64,000 nt of DNA, taken from a virus. Of this stretch, positions 26,667 through 35,711 are shown piece by piece. Under the pieces are notes generated by a model. That model was given only the letters and a program-made list of their open reading frames with translations, did not search any database and was not told the DNA's origin. The stretch covers positions 1 to 64,000 of the IMG/VR virus record IMGVR_UViG_3300027777_000034; one strand, 5' to 3'. A program made the translations under genes and the position numbers. Each line of letters starts with the position of its first letter. Within the stretch, counting starts at the first letter, position 1.

Positions 26667-26671
26667 GAATA
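26646..26671 (+). promoter_or_regulatory. early-type promoter, 14-nt spacer variant
   Basis: TAAATA-N14-CGAATA before SD/ATG 26706. Confidence 0.5.
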
Positions 26672-26705
26672 GTAATATATTACAATTTTAAAGGAGTTAA
26701 TCAAG

Positions 26706-26915
26706 ATGAAAGCTATAATAAAAGATTTTGTTGGAAATTATTTTTGTAGAGAACCAGAAGTTGGATTAACAAAAGTAAAAAGTAATGCATATATTTTTGA
26801 TTGTTACAATGAAGAACATTCAAAATTAATATTAGAAAAAACAAAAATGTTTATATCTAATGATGATTTAACCTTAGAGTTTGTAGAAATGACAGAAATA
26901 AATTTAAATTTTTAA
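26706..26915 (+). CDS. hypothetical protein
   Basis: AAGGAG SD. Confidence 0.6.
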   Translation: MKAIIKDFVGNYFCREPEVGLTKVKSNAYIFDCYNEEHSKLILEKTKMFISNDDLTLEFVEMTEINLNF

Positions 26916-26924
26916 AGGAAAAAA

Positions 26925-27395
26925 ATGAACATATTTGTATTAGATAAAAATCCAAAACAAGCTGCTGAATGGCATATGGATAAACACATAGTTAAAATGC
27001 CTTTGGAAACAGCACAAATTTTATGTACCATTCTTAATGGTCATAGTGTTATGACACCTTATAAGTCAGCATATGTTAATCATCCTTGCACAATTTGGGC
27101 AGGGAAAAGTATGGGTAATTTTATTTGGTTGTGCGAATTAGGCATATATCTTTGTGATGAGTATTCTTATAGATATGAAAAAGAACACAAATGTAAAAAA
27201 ATTATAGAGGAATGTTTGACATTTGCATGTAAGATACCAAATCTTGAGATGACAGAATTTGTTCAAGCTATGCCAGAAGAAATAAAATCAAAAAATCCAA
27301 TAGAATCATATAAAATGTATTATATAAAATTTAAATCCCATATAGCAAAATGGAAAAAAAGAGAAGTCCCAAATTGGTACAATGTGATACTATGA
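26925..27395 (+). CDS. pyrimidine-dimer DNA glycosylase / endonuclease V family
   Basis: MNIFVLD..DKHIVKMPLETAQIL..NHPCTIW..EY..RY...H. Confidence 0.8.
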   Translation: MNIFVLDKNPKQAAEWHMDKHIVKMPLETAQILCTILNGHSVMTPYKSAYVNHPCTIWAGKSMGNFIWLCELGIYLCDEYSYRYEKEHKCKKIIEECLTFACKIPNLEMTEFVQAMPEEIKSKNPIESYKMYYIKFKSHIAKWKKREVPNWYNVIL

Positions 27396-27580
27396 AAATT
27401 AAAAAGAATAGACAAAAAAAAGCAAGAAGAATAATGATATTGGCATCTATTAGAATGTCAAAAAGCATTGGTGTAAAATTTAATAGAGTTTGTATGGAAG
27501 ATATACGAGATGTTTATATAAACATGTTTGGTGTTGATAGTTTAATTAAAAGATTTGATATAGCAAGCATTGTTGTTTAA
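27392..27580 (+). CDS. small basic protein
   Basis: ATGA overlap. Confidence 0.45.
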   Translation: MKIKKNRQKKARRIMILASIRMSKSIGVKFNRVCMEDIRDVYINMFGVDSLIKRFDIASIVV

Positions 27581-28140
27581 ATATTTATTTTTCTTTTATC
27601 TATAATAAATAGTATGTCATCATTCCTATTTTTTATTTTTCTAAGGTCGTGAATATAAATATTTTTAATTAAATCTTGATGAACATGTTTAATCAAAGTA
27701 TCAATCCAAGAAATGTTTTGAACATCTTCTATTACAATAATTCCGTTTTCATTTAATTTACTTTGATATCCATCTAAAAATGAAATCATACTTTTTAAAG
27801 TGTGAGGACCATCATCAATAATTAAATCAAAGTTGTTTTCTGGAATAGAATCTATAAATTTTTTACTGTAAGCATCTTCATGTATTATTTTTAATCTTTC
27901 TTTTTCTTTAAAAATGTCGTTTTTATCTTCTATATCTATTCCGTAAATTTCAGCGTTTAAAAAATATTCTTTCCATAACAATATGCTTCCACCATGATCA
28001 ATTCCTATTTCTAAAATATTTTTAGAAGACGATTGTATTTCAGAGAATAGTTCTGAATAAACATGATCAATGTAAGAATGTACTGTATTTTTATCAGTAT
28101 AAAAATGTTTTGAACTATAAGTTTCAGATAATGTTTTCAT
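27577..28140 (-). CDS. class I SAM methyltransferase
   Basis: TDK..HSY, ILEIGIDHGGS, IIDDGPH, IEDV. Confidence 0.85.
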   Translation of the reverse strand: MKTLSETYSSKHFYTDKNTVHSYIDHVYSELFSEIQSSSKNILEIGIDHGGSILLWKEYFLNAEIYGIDIEDKNDIFKEKERLKIIHEDAYSKKFIDSIPENNFDLIIDDGPHTLKSMISFLDGYQSKLNENGIIVIEDVQNISWIDTLIKHVHQDLIKNIYIHDLRKIKNRNDDILFIIDKRKINI

Positions 28141-28145
28141 TGTTT

Positions 28146-28580
28146 TTAACCTTTTGGAGATTTTGTTTTTATACCAACTTTATTGTATTCACTACGCATT
28201 TTTGGATTATCATCTATAGCAAAAAGTATTTTTTCTTTAATACTTTCAGCGTGTTTTTTTTTAGATTCATTTTGATCTTTTGGATTACCGCCAATGTTAT
28301 TCATCATTAAACGATTGTATTTGACTCCAGCTTTTTTAAGAGCTTCTACTGTGTCTTTCCTATCCTTTTCTGGTCTTCCTGTTATTATGTAGATTTTATT
28401 TTGTTTTGATAACTTATTAACATAATCAACCATTTTTTTAATTGGATATATGCCATTACGCAAAATTGTATTATCTATGTCTACTATAACTACTGAACAT
28501 TTTGTTAAAAATATTTGTATTTGTTCATAAATATTAAACATTAAATATTCCTGTGTTAAATTACCAATCAAGTTTTTCAT
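28146..28580 (-). CDS. HAD-family phosphatase (PNKP 3'-phosphatase-like)
   Basis: DIDNT, ITGR, K, IDDN; start uncertain. Confidence 0.8.
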   Translation of the reverse strand: MKNLIGNLTQEYLMFNIYEQIQIFLTKCSVVIVDIDNTILRNGIYPIKKMVDYVNKLSKQNKIYIITGRPEKDRKDTVEALKKAGVKYNRLMMNNIGGNPKDQNESKKKHAESIKEKILFAIDDNPKMRSEYNKVGIKTKSPKG

Positions 28581-29376
28581 AAAAAAAATTAGATAAACTA
28601 TTATCTATGTTATAATAAAAACACCTTTTATTAATCCATTCTTTTAATTTATTCTTATTTTTTTCTAAAATTGCATCTTTTCTTAATTCATCAAGTTTTT
28701 TATCCGTGTCATTGTGATTTCTTTTATCTTTATAATGAAAAGAAAAAACTTTAAAGTTTTTTATTTTTATGTAAGAGCTAAAGAATCTTTCATGTATAAA
28801 TGGAAAAAGATTTAAAGAATAATCTTTAGGATATTTAAATGAAGAATTGTGTATGTTTTTAATATCTTCATCTAATTCATCAAGTGCTTCAAAATAATTT
28901 GAAAAAATTTCATTATAACCATCCCAAAATTTTTTATTTGCAATAAAGTAACAACAATAAAACATTTCATCAGTGTTCATTGGTTCATAAAGATGTTTTA
29001 ACTCTATTTTCAATAATGGAAAAAATTTTTCTAAAAATTTAATTGATTTTGAGTTTTGAGAATACAAGTTTTCCCAAACATTGTAATAACAAGCTGAAAC
29101 ATTGTAGAATGGGTTAAAAAAATATATATCATAACCATTATTTTCTTTTATTTTATTTATAATTTCTATTCCAGGAATGTTCATTTTTGATTTATAATTA
29201 ACACTAAAACAACCCCAAAAATTTAAATTTTCTTCAATAGCTTTTTCATAACATATTTTATTTATGTAGTACTCTCTTAATTCTGGTATTAAATTTTCTG
29301 TATTGTCTAATTTTTCAAAAGATTTATCTAAAATACTTTCTTGATATTTTTTATAAAAACATTGATAAATTTTCAT
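28561..29376 (-). CDS. hypothetical protein, likely glycan-related
   Basis: IYQ.FY...LRE...FYCCYFIA...F..ER. Confidence 0.6.
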   Translation of the reverse strand: MKIYQCFYKKYQESILDKSFEKLDNTENLIPELREYYINKICYEKAIEENLNFWGCFSVNYKSKMNIPGIEIINKIKENNGYDIYFFNPFYNVSACYYNVWENLYSQNSKSIKFLEKFFPLLKIELKHLYEPMNTDEMFYCCYFIANKKFWDGYNEIFSNYFEALDELDEDIKNIHNSSFKYPKDYSLNLFPFIHERFFSSYIKIKNFKVFSFHYKDKRNHNDTDKKLDELRKDAILEKNKNKLKEWINKRCFYYNIDNSLSNFFYEKLDW

Positions 29377-29377
29377 T

Positions 29378-29815
29378 TTAACTCAAAGTAAGTAAATACT
29401 TTAATTGAGAAAAAGAACTAAGCATTTCATCTCTTGTATTTAATAAATTTGTTTGCGTGATTGGATTTACATTTTTAGGTATTTCTACAATAAGAAAATT
29501 TTCTGCTTTAGCAATAAATGAAACAATTTCTTCTGAAGTGTTATTGGATACAGAATATGAAGAAAATTGACCATGTGGCATTAAACCATGTTCACCTTGC
29601 CATTGTTCAATAAAATCATCAATGCTTTCAGATAAATCGTCATAAGCTTCACCAAATGATTTGTGTTGAGCAAAAGATTTGGTGTTCCAATGAAAAACTT
29701 TAAGTTGCGAAAGCAAAAATAAGAAATCTGACTGCGTAATAGTAGCATCTGTTGCTACTTCAGCAGCTTTTGAAAAATAATTGTGAACATGTTTTGTAAA
29801 ATTCGAATTTTTCAT
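29378..29815 (-). CDS. ferritin/Dps-like protein (DUF5856-like)
   Basis: FHWNT.SFAQH..F..AYD....DDFIE..QG; LLNTRDEM..LKYLLTL; AAGGAG SD. Confidence 0.8.
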   Translation of the reverse strand: MKNSNFTKHVHNYFSKAAEVATDATITQSDFLFLLSQLKVFHWNTKSFAQHKSFGEAYDDLSESIDDFIEQWQGEHGLMPHGQFSSYSVSNNTSEEIVSFIAKAENFLIVEIPKNVNPITQTNLLNTRDEMLSSFSQLKYLLTLS

Positions 29816-29862
29816 ATAATATCTCCTTAATACAATATACACCAAAAAAAATATTAACTTTT

Positions 29863-30441
29863 TTAATTGTGTATTCCTATAATTTTTTCAAAAAAACCAA
29901 TTTTTAAATTATTTTTTAAACAATGTTTTTCAGCTTCTTTTATAAAATAAAAATCGGAATCATATAATGTTCCCCATATTATTTTTTTTGCAATATCTGT
30001 TTTAATCATAGCATTTAATGTGTCTATCTCTGCAAGATTAATTTCATTTTTTTTTGGTATGATGCCAGATTTATTGTGCATTATTTTACATATTAACATT
30101 GCATATTTATTTTCTATTATTTCATTGTTTGAAAAAGATAAGTAATCTTTTTTAATAGTGTTATCGTCATCAAGCCATATCGTGTAATCTCCATTGCATT
30201 TTAAAATCATGGCATTTCTTTGAAAACTTCCATAATTTTTAACTTTTATTTTTTCTATATGATTATAAATAAAACGATTGTCATTAATATTTAATACGCA
30301 TTTTTCATCTTCTTCACTATATCCATCAGAACAAATTAATACTTCATAGTTATTATAATTTTGATTTAAAACACTAATAATTGCACGATTAAGTAAATCA
30401 ACTCTTTTGTATGTTGGAATTATTATTGAAAACTTTATCAT
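29863..30441 (-). CDS. GT2 glycosyltransferase
   Basis: FSIIIPTYKR, SDG, RN, WLDDDN. Confidence 0.85.
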   Translation of the reverse strand: MIKFSIIIPTYKRVDLLNRAIISVLNQNYNNYEVLICSDGYSEEDEKCVLNINDNRFIYNHIEKIKVKNYGSFQRNAMILKCNGDYTIWLDDDNTIKKDYLSFSNNEIIENKYAMLICKIMHNKSGIIPKKNEINLAEIDTLNAMIKTDIAKKIIWGTLYDSDFYFIKEAEKHCLKNNLKIGFFEKIIGIHN

Positions 30442-30520
30442 TTTAAAACCTTTAAAAATTGATTATTATCAAATAATTGCCTATATGTATAAAACACCGT
30501 TTTTATCATATTGGAGTTCT

Positions 30521-30796
30521 ATGAAATATCTTTATGAAATATGGATACGAATAGAAGAAAAAAATAAAAAAAATAAAGCTTGTATAGATAAAAATGGAAG
30601 CTGTTGTATTGCACTATGTGCTTCATCAAATAAAGAAGCATTTTTTCTTTTGCAAGAAGTGCTTTTAAGTTGTGATAAAAGGCCAATAGGAAATAAAAAG
30701 AAAATAAAGCACTTTAGGTTGAAAGGCAGTTGTTCTAAGTATATATTTCTTCTATGTAAGGAAAATGTTGAAAGTTATAAAAGAGCATGTGATTAA
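30521..30796 (+). CDS. hypothetical protein
   Basis: GGAG SD before ATG 30521. Confidence 0.5.
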   Translation: MKYLYEIWIRIEEKNKKNKACIDKNGSCCIALCASSNKEAFFLLQEVLLSCDKRPIGNKKKIKHFRLKGSCSKYIFLLCKENVESYKRACD

Positions 30797-31090
30797 AAGC
30801 AACTGCGTTAACAATTCAAGCATACGGTTCTTCCGCAGTTTTTATACCGAAATGAATCACATCACCAGGGGATAACCCCAAGGATTGCCAGAGAGTAGCC
30901 AAACTCTCAACAGGGTGGCACGAAATAGTTTAGAAAGATTATTATACTAGAATTTGAGTGACCACTTCTCATACTAGACCTGATACTTTACAAGTACCTT
31001 CTTTCTAATGTCCTGTTTGGTCAAAATTTTATAACAAACTGCTTGTTCTAGGAACTTGCTGGTAGTAGTACTATCAGGGAGAAGAAGTGG
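30787..31090. ncRNA. candidate multi-stem ncRNA or structured origin-like region
   Basis: about 300 nt without ORF, GC-richer, at least seven stems. Confidence 0.4.
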
Positions 31091-31098
31091 CTTATTGC

Positions 31099-31383
31099 CT
31101 ATAAGTAATCTGCTGTTATATCGGAAAAAAACCAAACAACAGTTTTTTCAATAAATCCTTTAGAATTAAAATCATTTACATTTTTACCAATAATTGATAG
31201 CAATGAAATAAATTCAGATTCTGATATAATACCATTTAAATAAGATTTTCTTGTTATTTTTAACAGTAAATCAAAAGTTTCATTTGAACAAATGTCGTTT
31301 TTTGATATAGAATTAAGTATTGTTATTGAGTTTGAAAGTTTTTTTGTTAACTTTTTACAAGCATAGTCTATTCTGTTTTTCAA
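31099..31383 (-). CDS. hypothetical protein
   Basis: 94-aa ORF. Confidence 0.45.
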   Translation of the reverse strand: MKNRIDYACKKLTKKLSNSITILNSISKNDICSNETFDLLLKITRKSYLNGIISESEFISLLSIIGKNVNDFNSKGFIEKTVVWFFSDITADYL

Positions 31384-31406
31384 AATTATTTTCCTTGAGG
31401 TTTATA

Positions 31407-31910
31407 ATGGCTAAAAAGAAAAAACAAATTTCAAGTGAAATAAAACTTCTTTTAAAAAAGAACTTAAGATCTATAGTAGAAATAGAAAAGAAAAATTGCA
31501 CTATAGAAGATCCAGATTTTGGCGAAATGGTTTCAAAAAAAGCTTGGAATTCATCTAATTTTATTGATTTTGTTAAAAAAAAGAACACATATAGCTACAC
31601 AATAAGCGAAGGTTCATTAATTGTTGGATTTTTGCTTTTTGAAGTTAAAGAAAATGAATTATTGATTGAAAGAATATGTGTAGACAAAGATTTTAGAAGA
31701 TCAGGATTTGGAAAAGAATTTTTAGATTTTATAAACATTAAAAAATATAGAAATAAAATTATTTTTTATTGTAAAGAAAACGATGTTGCCACTATTAAAT
31801 TTTTTAAAAAAAATGACTTTACAGCTAATTTAGAAAAAAATTATTTTGGAATTGATGATGATGCTATTAAGTTTACAAAGGAGATTTTTTATGAAGAAAA
31901 CAAAAGGTAA
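31407..31910 (+). CDS. GNAT (RimI-like) acetyltransferase
   Basis: IVGF...ICVDKDFRRSGFG...FFKKNDF. Confidence 0.8.
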   Translation: MAKKKKQISSEIKLLLKKNLRSIVEIEKKNCTIEDPDFGEMVSKKAWNSSNFIDFVKKKNTYSYTISEGSLIVGFLLFEVKENELLIERICVDKDFRRSGFGKEFLDFINIKKYRNKIIFYCKENDVATIKFFKKNDFTANLEKNYFGIDDDAIKFTKEIFYEENKR

Positions 31911-32070
31911 AATACTTGTAAACTGTTTAGGTTGGTGTAATAAACAATTTTTAAGTTATGATCCAGCAACAAATAGGGTTTGTAAAAAATGCAAAGAAAA
32001 AATAAACAATAAAAAAAATGAAATGGGAAAAAATTATTTTTCTGAAAAAAGAGTAGAGGAAAATGAATAA
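31891..32070 (+). CDS. small Zn-finger protein
   Basis: CLGWC...NRVCKKC; AAGGAG SD. Confidence 0.6.
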   Translation: MKKTKGKILVNCLGWCNKQFLSYDPATNRVCKKCKEKINNKKNEMGKNYFSEKRVEENE

Positions 32071-33112
32071 ACCAAAAGTTGCACTTATAACACCATCATT
32101 AAGCATGGGTGGTGCTGAAAGATGGATAGTTACACTTGCAAAATTTTTTAATAGATTAGATCCTTATTTAATTTTAAATTTAAGTGGTTACAGTGATTCA
32201 ATTTTGCTTGAAGATATTCCAAAAACAACAAAAGTTTTATCAAATTTTTATTCAAATGAAAGAAGCATTATAAACGCTTTAAGTGATGCAGATGCAGTTG
32301 TTTCTTGGTGTTTTAATTTAAATATTAGTTTAAAAAATGAATTAAATTGTCCAACAATAGATGTTTCACATAGTGATCCATCATGGAAAAATCATTCATT
32401 ATTAATAAAAGAATCGTGTAAAAAATCAAAATATCATGTTGGAGTAAGTAAAGTAGCTGCATCAGCATTTAAAGAAAATAATTCGACTGTAATATACAAT
32501 GGTATAGATACAGAAAGACTTAATCAATTTAAAGGAAGAATCAAACAAAGAGAAGAATGGGGTTGTGAAAATAAAAAAGTTGTTATTTTTTTAAGTAGAT
32601 TATCAGAAGAAAAAAATCCAAAAATTATTTTAGAATGCTCAGAACTTTTTGATGAAAGCTGGAAGTTTTTATTTGTTAATATTGGTTTATTAAAAAAAGA
32701 ATTTAACACAATAAATAAACCCAATATAAAAATTATTGAAAAAACTAAAAATATTGGAGATTATTATTCTGGTGCAGATGTAGTTGTTCTTCCTTCAGAT
32801 ATAGAAGGTATGCCATTAGTTTTATTGGAATCTTGGTTTTGTGGTATTCCTGTTGTAACAACTAATTATAATTCTTATTTAGAATTAACTAACACTCATG
32901 GAGAATTAGCGTTATCAACAAATATAAGACCAACAGCAATTGAATTTGCAAATAAAATACAACAAGCTTTTTATGAAGGAAGAAATTCTAATAAAGTTGT
33001 TTTAGCAAAAAAAATTGTTGAAAATAATTACACATATCAAACAATGATTAAAAATTGGGAAGATTATATATTTTTAAAAATAAAAGAACATAATGAGAAC
33101 ATTAATGCTTAA
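32063..33112 (+). CDS. GT4 glycosyltransferase
   Basis: GGAER, YNGID, RLSEEKN, PSDIEGMPLVLLES. Confidence 0.88.
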   Translation: MNKPKVALITPSLSMGGAERWIVTLAKFFNRLDPYLILNLSGYSDSILLEDIPKTTKVLSNFYSNERSIINALSDADAVVSWCFNLNISLKNELNCPTIDVSHSDPSWKNHSLLIKESCKKSKYHVGVSKVAASAFKENNSTVIYNGIDTERLNQFKGRIKQREEWGCENKKVVIFLSRLSEEKNPKIILECSELFDESWKFLFVNIGLLKKEFNTINKPNIKIIEKTKNIGDYYSGADVVVLPSDIEGMPLVLLESWFCGIPVVTTNYNSYLELTNTHGELALSTNIRPTAIEFANKIQQAFYEGRNSNKVVLAKKIVENNYTYQTMIKNWEDYIFLKIKEHNENINA

Positions 33113-33821
33113 GTATTTTTTTGGTTTTTTTGGTTCTGATCGTTCTGGTAAATGGTGGACTGTTCGTTGCGAACACATTAAAGATAATCCATCGTGTATA
33201 GGTTGTGGTACAAAAAAAGATGTTCAAGTTCATCATATAATACCAGTTAGTGTTGATGCATCTAAAGAGTTATGTAGAAACAACCTATGTACTCTTTGCA
33301 AATATTGTCATTTTGTTTTTGGGCATTTGCACAATTATAAAAATTACAATCCAGAAGTAATTAGGGATTGCCAAGAGCATTACAAAAGAGTAAAACAATT
33401 TAGAGTTAAGACTTTTCAAAGACCTATTTCTTTATGGAGGACTATTATGGCTAAGTTTTTTGGTTCTATTGCTTTGGTTTTTTTAGGTTTTTCAATTTAT
33501 GTTAGTCATATGTATGTGGTAGAGACTAATAAAAATATAACAGTTAAAGAACTTTTTTATGCTGAAAACAGGCTCTTAAAGGATGAGATTTATGCAGAGA
33601 GAAACAAACCAACTTATGAAAATGGCTATAGAGATGCTATTTTAAGGGCTGGTTCACCAACTGGCTCTGGCTCATACCGTGATGGTTGGGAGGCTTGTGC
33701 GAAGCTTTATGCTGATGGTTCATGGACAAGCGGTTATCATACAGCACTAGAACAATTTGGTTGGAAGAATGAATCAACAGCATTCAAAAATTCAAACCCT
33801 CAAGCTGTTTCTATGAAATAA
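33093..33821 (+). CDS. HNH domain fused in frame to a membrane protein that has its own internal start (33447)
   Basis: CIGCG..VHHIIP..NLCTLC..CH; GGAGG + ATG at 33447, then TM helix. Confidence 0.7.
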   Translation: MRTLMLKYFFGFFGSDRSGKWWTVRCEHIKDNPSCIGCGTKKDVQVHHIIPVSVDASKELCRNNLCTLCKYCHFVFGHLHNYKNYNPEVIRDCQEHYKRVKQFRVKTFQRPISLWRTIMAKFFGSIALVFLGFSIYVSHMYVVETNKNITVKELFYAENRLLKDEIYAERNKPTYENGYRDAILRAGSPTGSGSYRDGWEACAKLYADGSWTSGYHTALEQFGWKNESTAFKNSNPQAVSMK

Positions 33822-33832
33822 TCTTTACTATT

Positions 33833-33865
33833 TTACCCTCATACTGTGTATTAGTATGGGGGTAA
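33833..33865 (+). promoter_or_regulatory. RBS-occluding hairpin with promoter-like loop
   Basis: TTACCCTCATACT-gtgtatt-AGTATGGGGGTAA, 13-bp stem. Confidence 0.6.
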
Positions 33866-33867
33866 TT

Positions 33868-34242
33868 ATGAAAAAAAAATCGCACAACAGTAAGGCTTTT
33901 GGTGAAATTTCTGGAAAATATTGGTCTTCTTTAATAAAAAACGCAAAAAAAAGAAGTATAAAAGTAACTGCAACAATAGAAGAAGCTTGGGAAATATTTT
34001 TAAAACAGAATAGAAGATGTTTTTATACTGGTTTAAAAATAACTCATAAAAAGTATTTGAAAAGAATTAATAATAAAGACATATATTCTTTAGGAACGGC
34101 ATCGTTAGACAGAAAAAATAGTGGCCTTAGTTACACTAAACAAAATATACAGTGGGTTCATAAAGATGTTAATTATATGAAAATGAGTTTAAACGAAAAG
34201 TATTTTATAAAACTTTGCAAGCTTATATCTAGGAGATTCTAA
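33868..34242 (+). CDS. HNH-like (homing-type) endonuclease
   Basis: AKKR...KQNRRCFYTG...ASLDRKNS..Y...NIQWVHKDVNYMK. Confidence 0.75.
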   Translation: MKKKSHNSKAFGEISGKYWSSLIKNAKKRSIKVTATIEEAWEIFLKQNRRCFYTGLKITHKKYLKRINNKDIYSLGTASLDRKNSGLSYTKQNIQWVHKDVNYMKMSLNEKYFIKLCKLISRRF

Positions 34243-34727
34243 TGCCTTTAAAAAATTGTTCTGAAAATGGTAAAGATGGTTGGAAATGGGGCGATCAAGG
34301 TAAGTGTTATCTTGGAAAAAATGCTAAAAAACAAGCCATTAGACAAGGAATATCTATTGAAGGTCCAGAAAAATTTGCTAAATTAATGAAATCTCAATCG
34401 CATGAAGATCTTTATATGCAGCTTTCAAATGATGAAAAAGAATTAGCCAATTCACTTATTTCATTATCGCAAAAGGTTGGTCCGCTTGATAAAGCCGATG
34501 GCATTTGGATTGGTTATGAAAATGCAGAGAATAATTCTGTAAAAAACATTGGTGTAAAGTGTGGCAATTGTGCATTGCACAAATCAGAAAATGCATGTGC
34601 AATTATTGATCAACAAATAGAAATGGATGGCGTTTGCAGATTTGCAGTAATACCAGATGGCTATGTTAATGCTATTCAAATAGAAAAGGACATAGAAGAA
34701 TACTTTAATGAAAATAATAATAAATAG
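34242..34727 (+). CDS. hypothetical protein with Cys-cluster domain
   Basis: GWKWGDQGKCY; CGNC...C...GVC. Confidence 0.65.
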   Translation: MPLKNCSENGKDGWKWGDQGKCYLGKNAKKQAIRQGISIEGPEKFAKLMKSQSHEDLYMQLSNDEKELANSLISLSQKVGPLDKADGIWIGYENAENNSVKNIGVKCGNCALHKSENACAIIDQQIEMDGVCRFAVIPDGYVNAIQIEKDIEEYFNENNNK

Positions 34728-35193
34728 CCCTGTTTTAAAAACAAAGTGTAAAGAAGTAGATCTAAAAAAAGGAAAGACTATTGCCAAAAGAATGTGGCAA
34801 TTTTTGAACCTTTACAATAAAAAGAACGAAGTAAAAGCTGTTGGTTTAGCAGCAAATCAATTTGGAATAGATGCTTCAGTTGCCATAGTTCTTAAAAATA
34901 ATAAACCATTTATTTTAATAAATCCTAAAATAATAAACTTTTCTCAAATAAAAATTTGTAAAAAGGAAGGGTGTTTAAGTTTTCCAGATGAGCAACTTGA
35001 TGTTTATAGGCATATGTGGATTGAAGTTGTATGTTTAAATCATCCTGATCTTATTTTCTTTGGAAGTAGACCAGAAGAAAGCAATGATAATTTTTTAGAA
35101 AGCTGTATTGCTCAACATGAAATAGCACACTTAAACGGTTTGACTTTTCATGATTTTCAATGGAATAATTCAATAACACCTAACGATTGGTAA
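34708..35193 (+). CDS. def: peptide deformylase
   Basis: GLAANQ, EGCLS, QHEIAHLNG. Confidence 0.92.
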   Translation: MKIIINSPVLKTKCKEVDLKKGKTIAKRMWQFLNLYNKKNEVKAVGLAANQFGIDASVAIVLKNNKPFILINPKIINFSQIKICKKEGCLSFPDEQLDVYRHMWIEVVCLNHPDLIFFGSRPEESNDNFLESCIAQHEIAHLNGLTFHDFQWNNSITPNDW

Positions 35194-35194
35194 A

Positions 35195-35464
35195 ATGAAA
35201 AACCACTATACAAAAGTAAAAAACGCTGTAGATTTTAAAATATACAATGAGCTTGAGAGTTTTGTTTATAACTCTTTAGTTGAAGATGAGTTAACATCTG
35301 AAGAAAATTTGCGTTCTTTAATTGTTTCTCAGGTAAAAAGAGAACATGGTAGCCTTATTTATTCCAGTATAGAAATAGAAGATACTATAAAAAATCTAAT
35401 TATTAGAAAAATTATTAAAGAAGCAATTGGTATAAAGTTGTCCAAGTTTATTTATAGTCAATAG
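35195..35464 (+). CDS. hypothetical protein
   Basis: 89-aa ORF. Confidence 0.55.
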   Translation: MKNHYTKVKNAVDFKIYNELESFVYNSLVEDELTSEENLRSLIVSQVKREHGSLIYSSIEIEDTIKNLIIRKIIKEAIGIKLSKFIYSQ

Positions 35465-35512
35465 TTAGGGGTATTTATACATGGGCTTTATCCTTTTTAA
35501 AGGAGGTATCCC

Positions 35513-35686
35513 ATGCAAACTTATTTTGAAGTTTGGGCAACAGAGCCTAATGGCAAAACAAGAATAAAAATAGCAGAGTACGAAGAAATTTATTGGCAAA
35601 GAGCAGAAAAAAAAGCTTTATCATTAGAAATGCAAGGATATACTAAGATAGTTGTTTTTGAAAAGATGAGGACCACAAACAAATAA
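35513..35686 (+). CDS. small hypothetical protein, 57 aa (not in ORF track)
   Basis: AAGGAGG SD; MQTYFEVWATEPNGK... Confidence 0.65.
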   Translation: MQTYFEVWATEPNGKTRIKIAEYEEIYWQRAEKKALSLEMQGYTKIVVFEKMRTTNK

Positions 35687-35711
35687 ATTTTATTTGCATA
35701 AGGAGGATATT

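Noticed and set aside
30787-31090. tmRNA, RNase P RNA or group I intron
   Set aside because: No tRNA-like ends, no GAGGAAAGUCC-type P4 signature and no interrupted host gene; kept only as an unknown structured element
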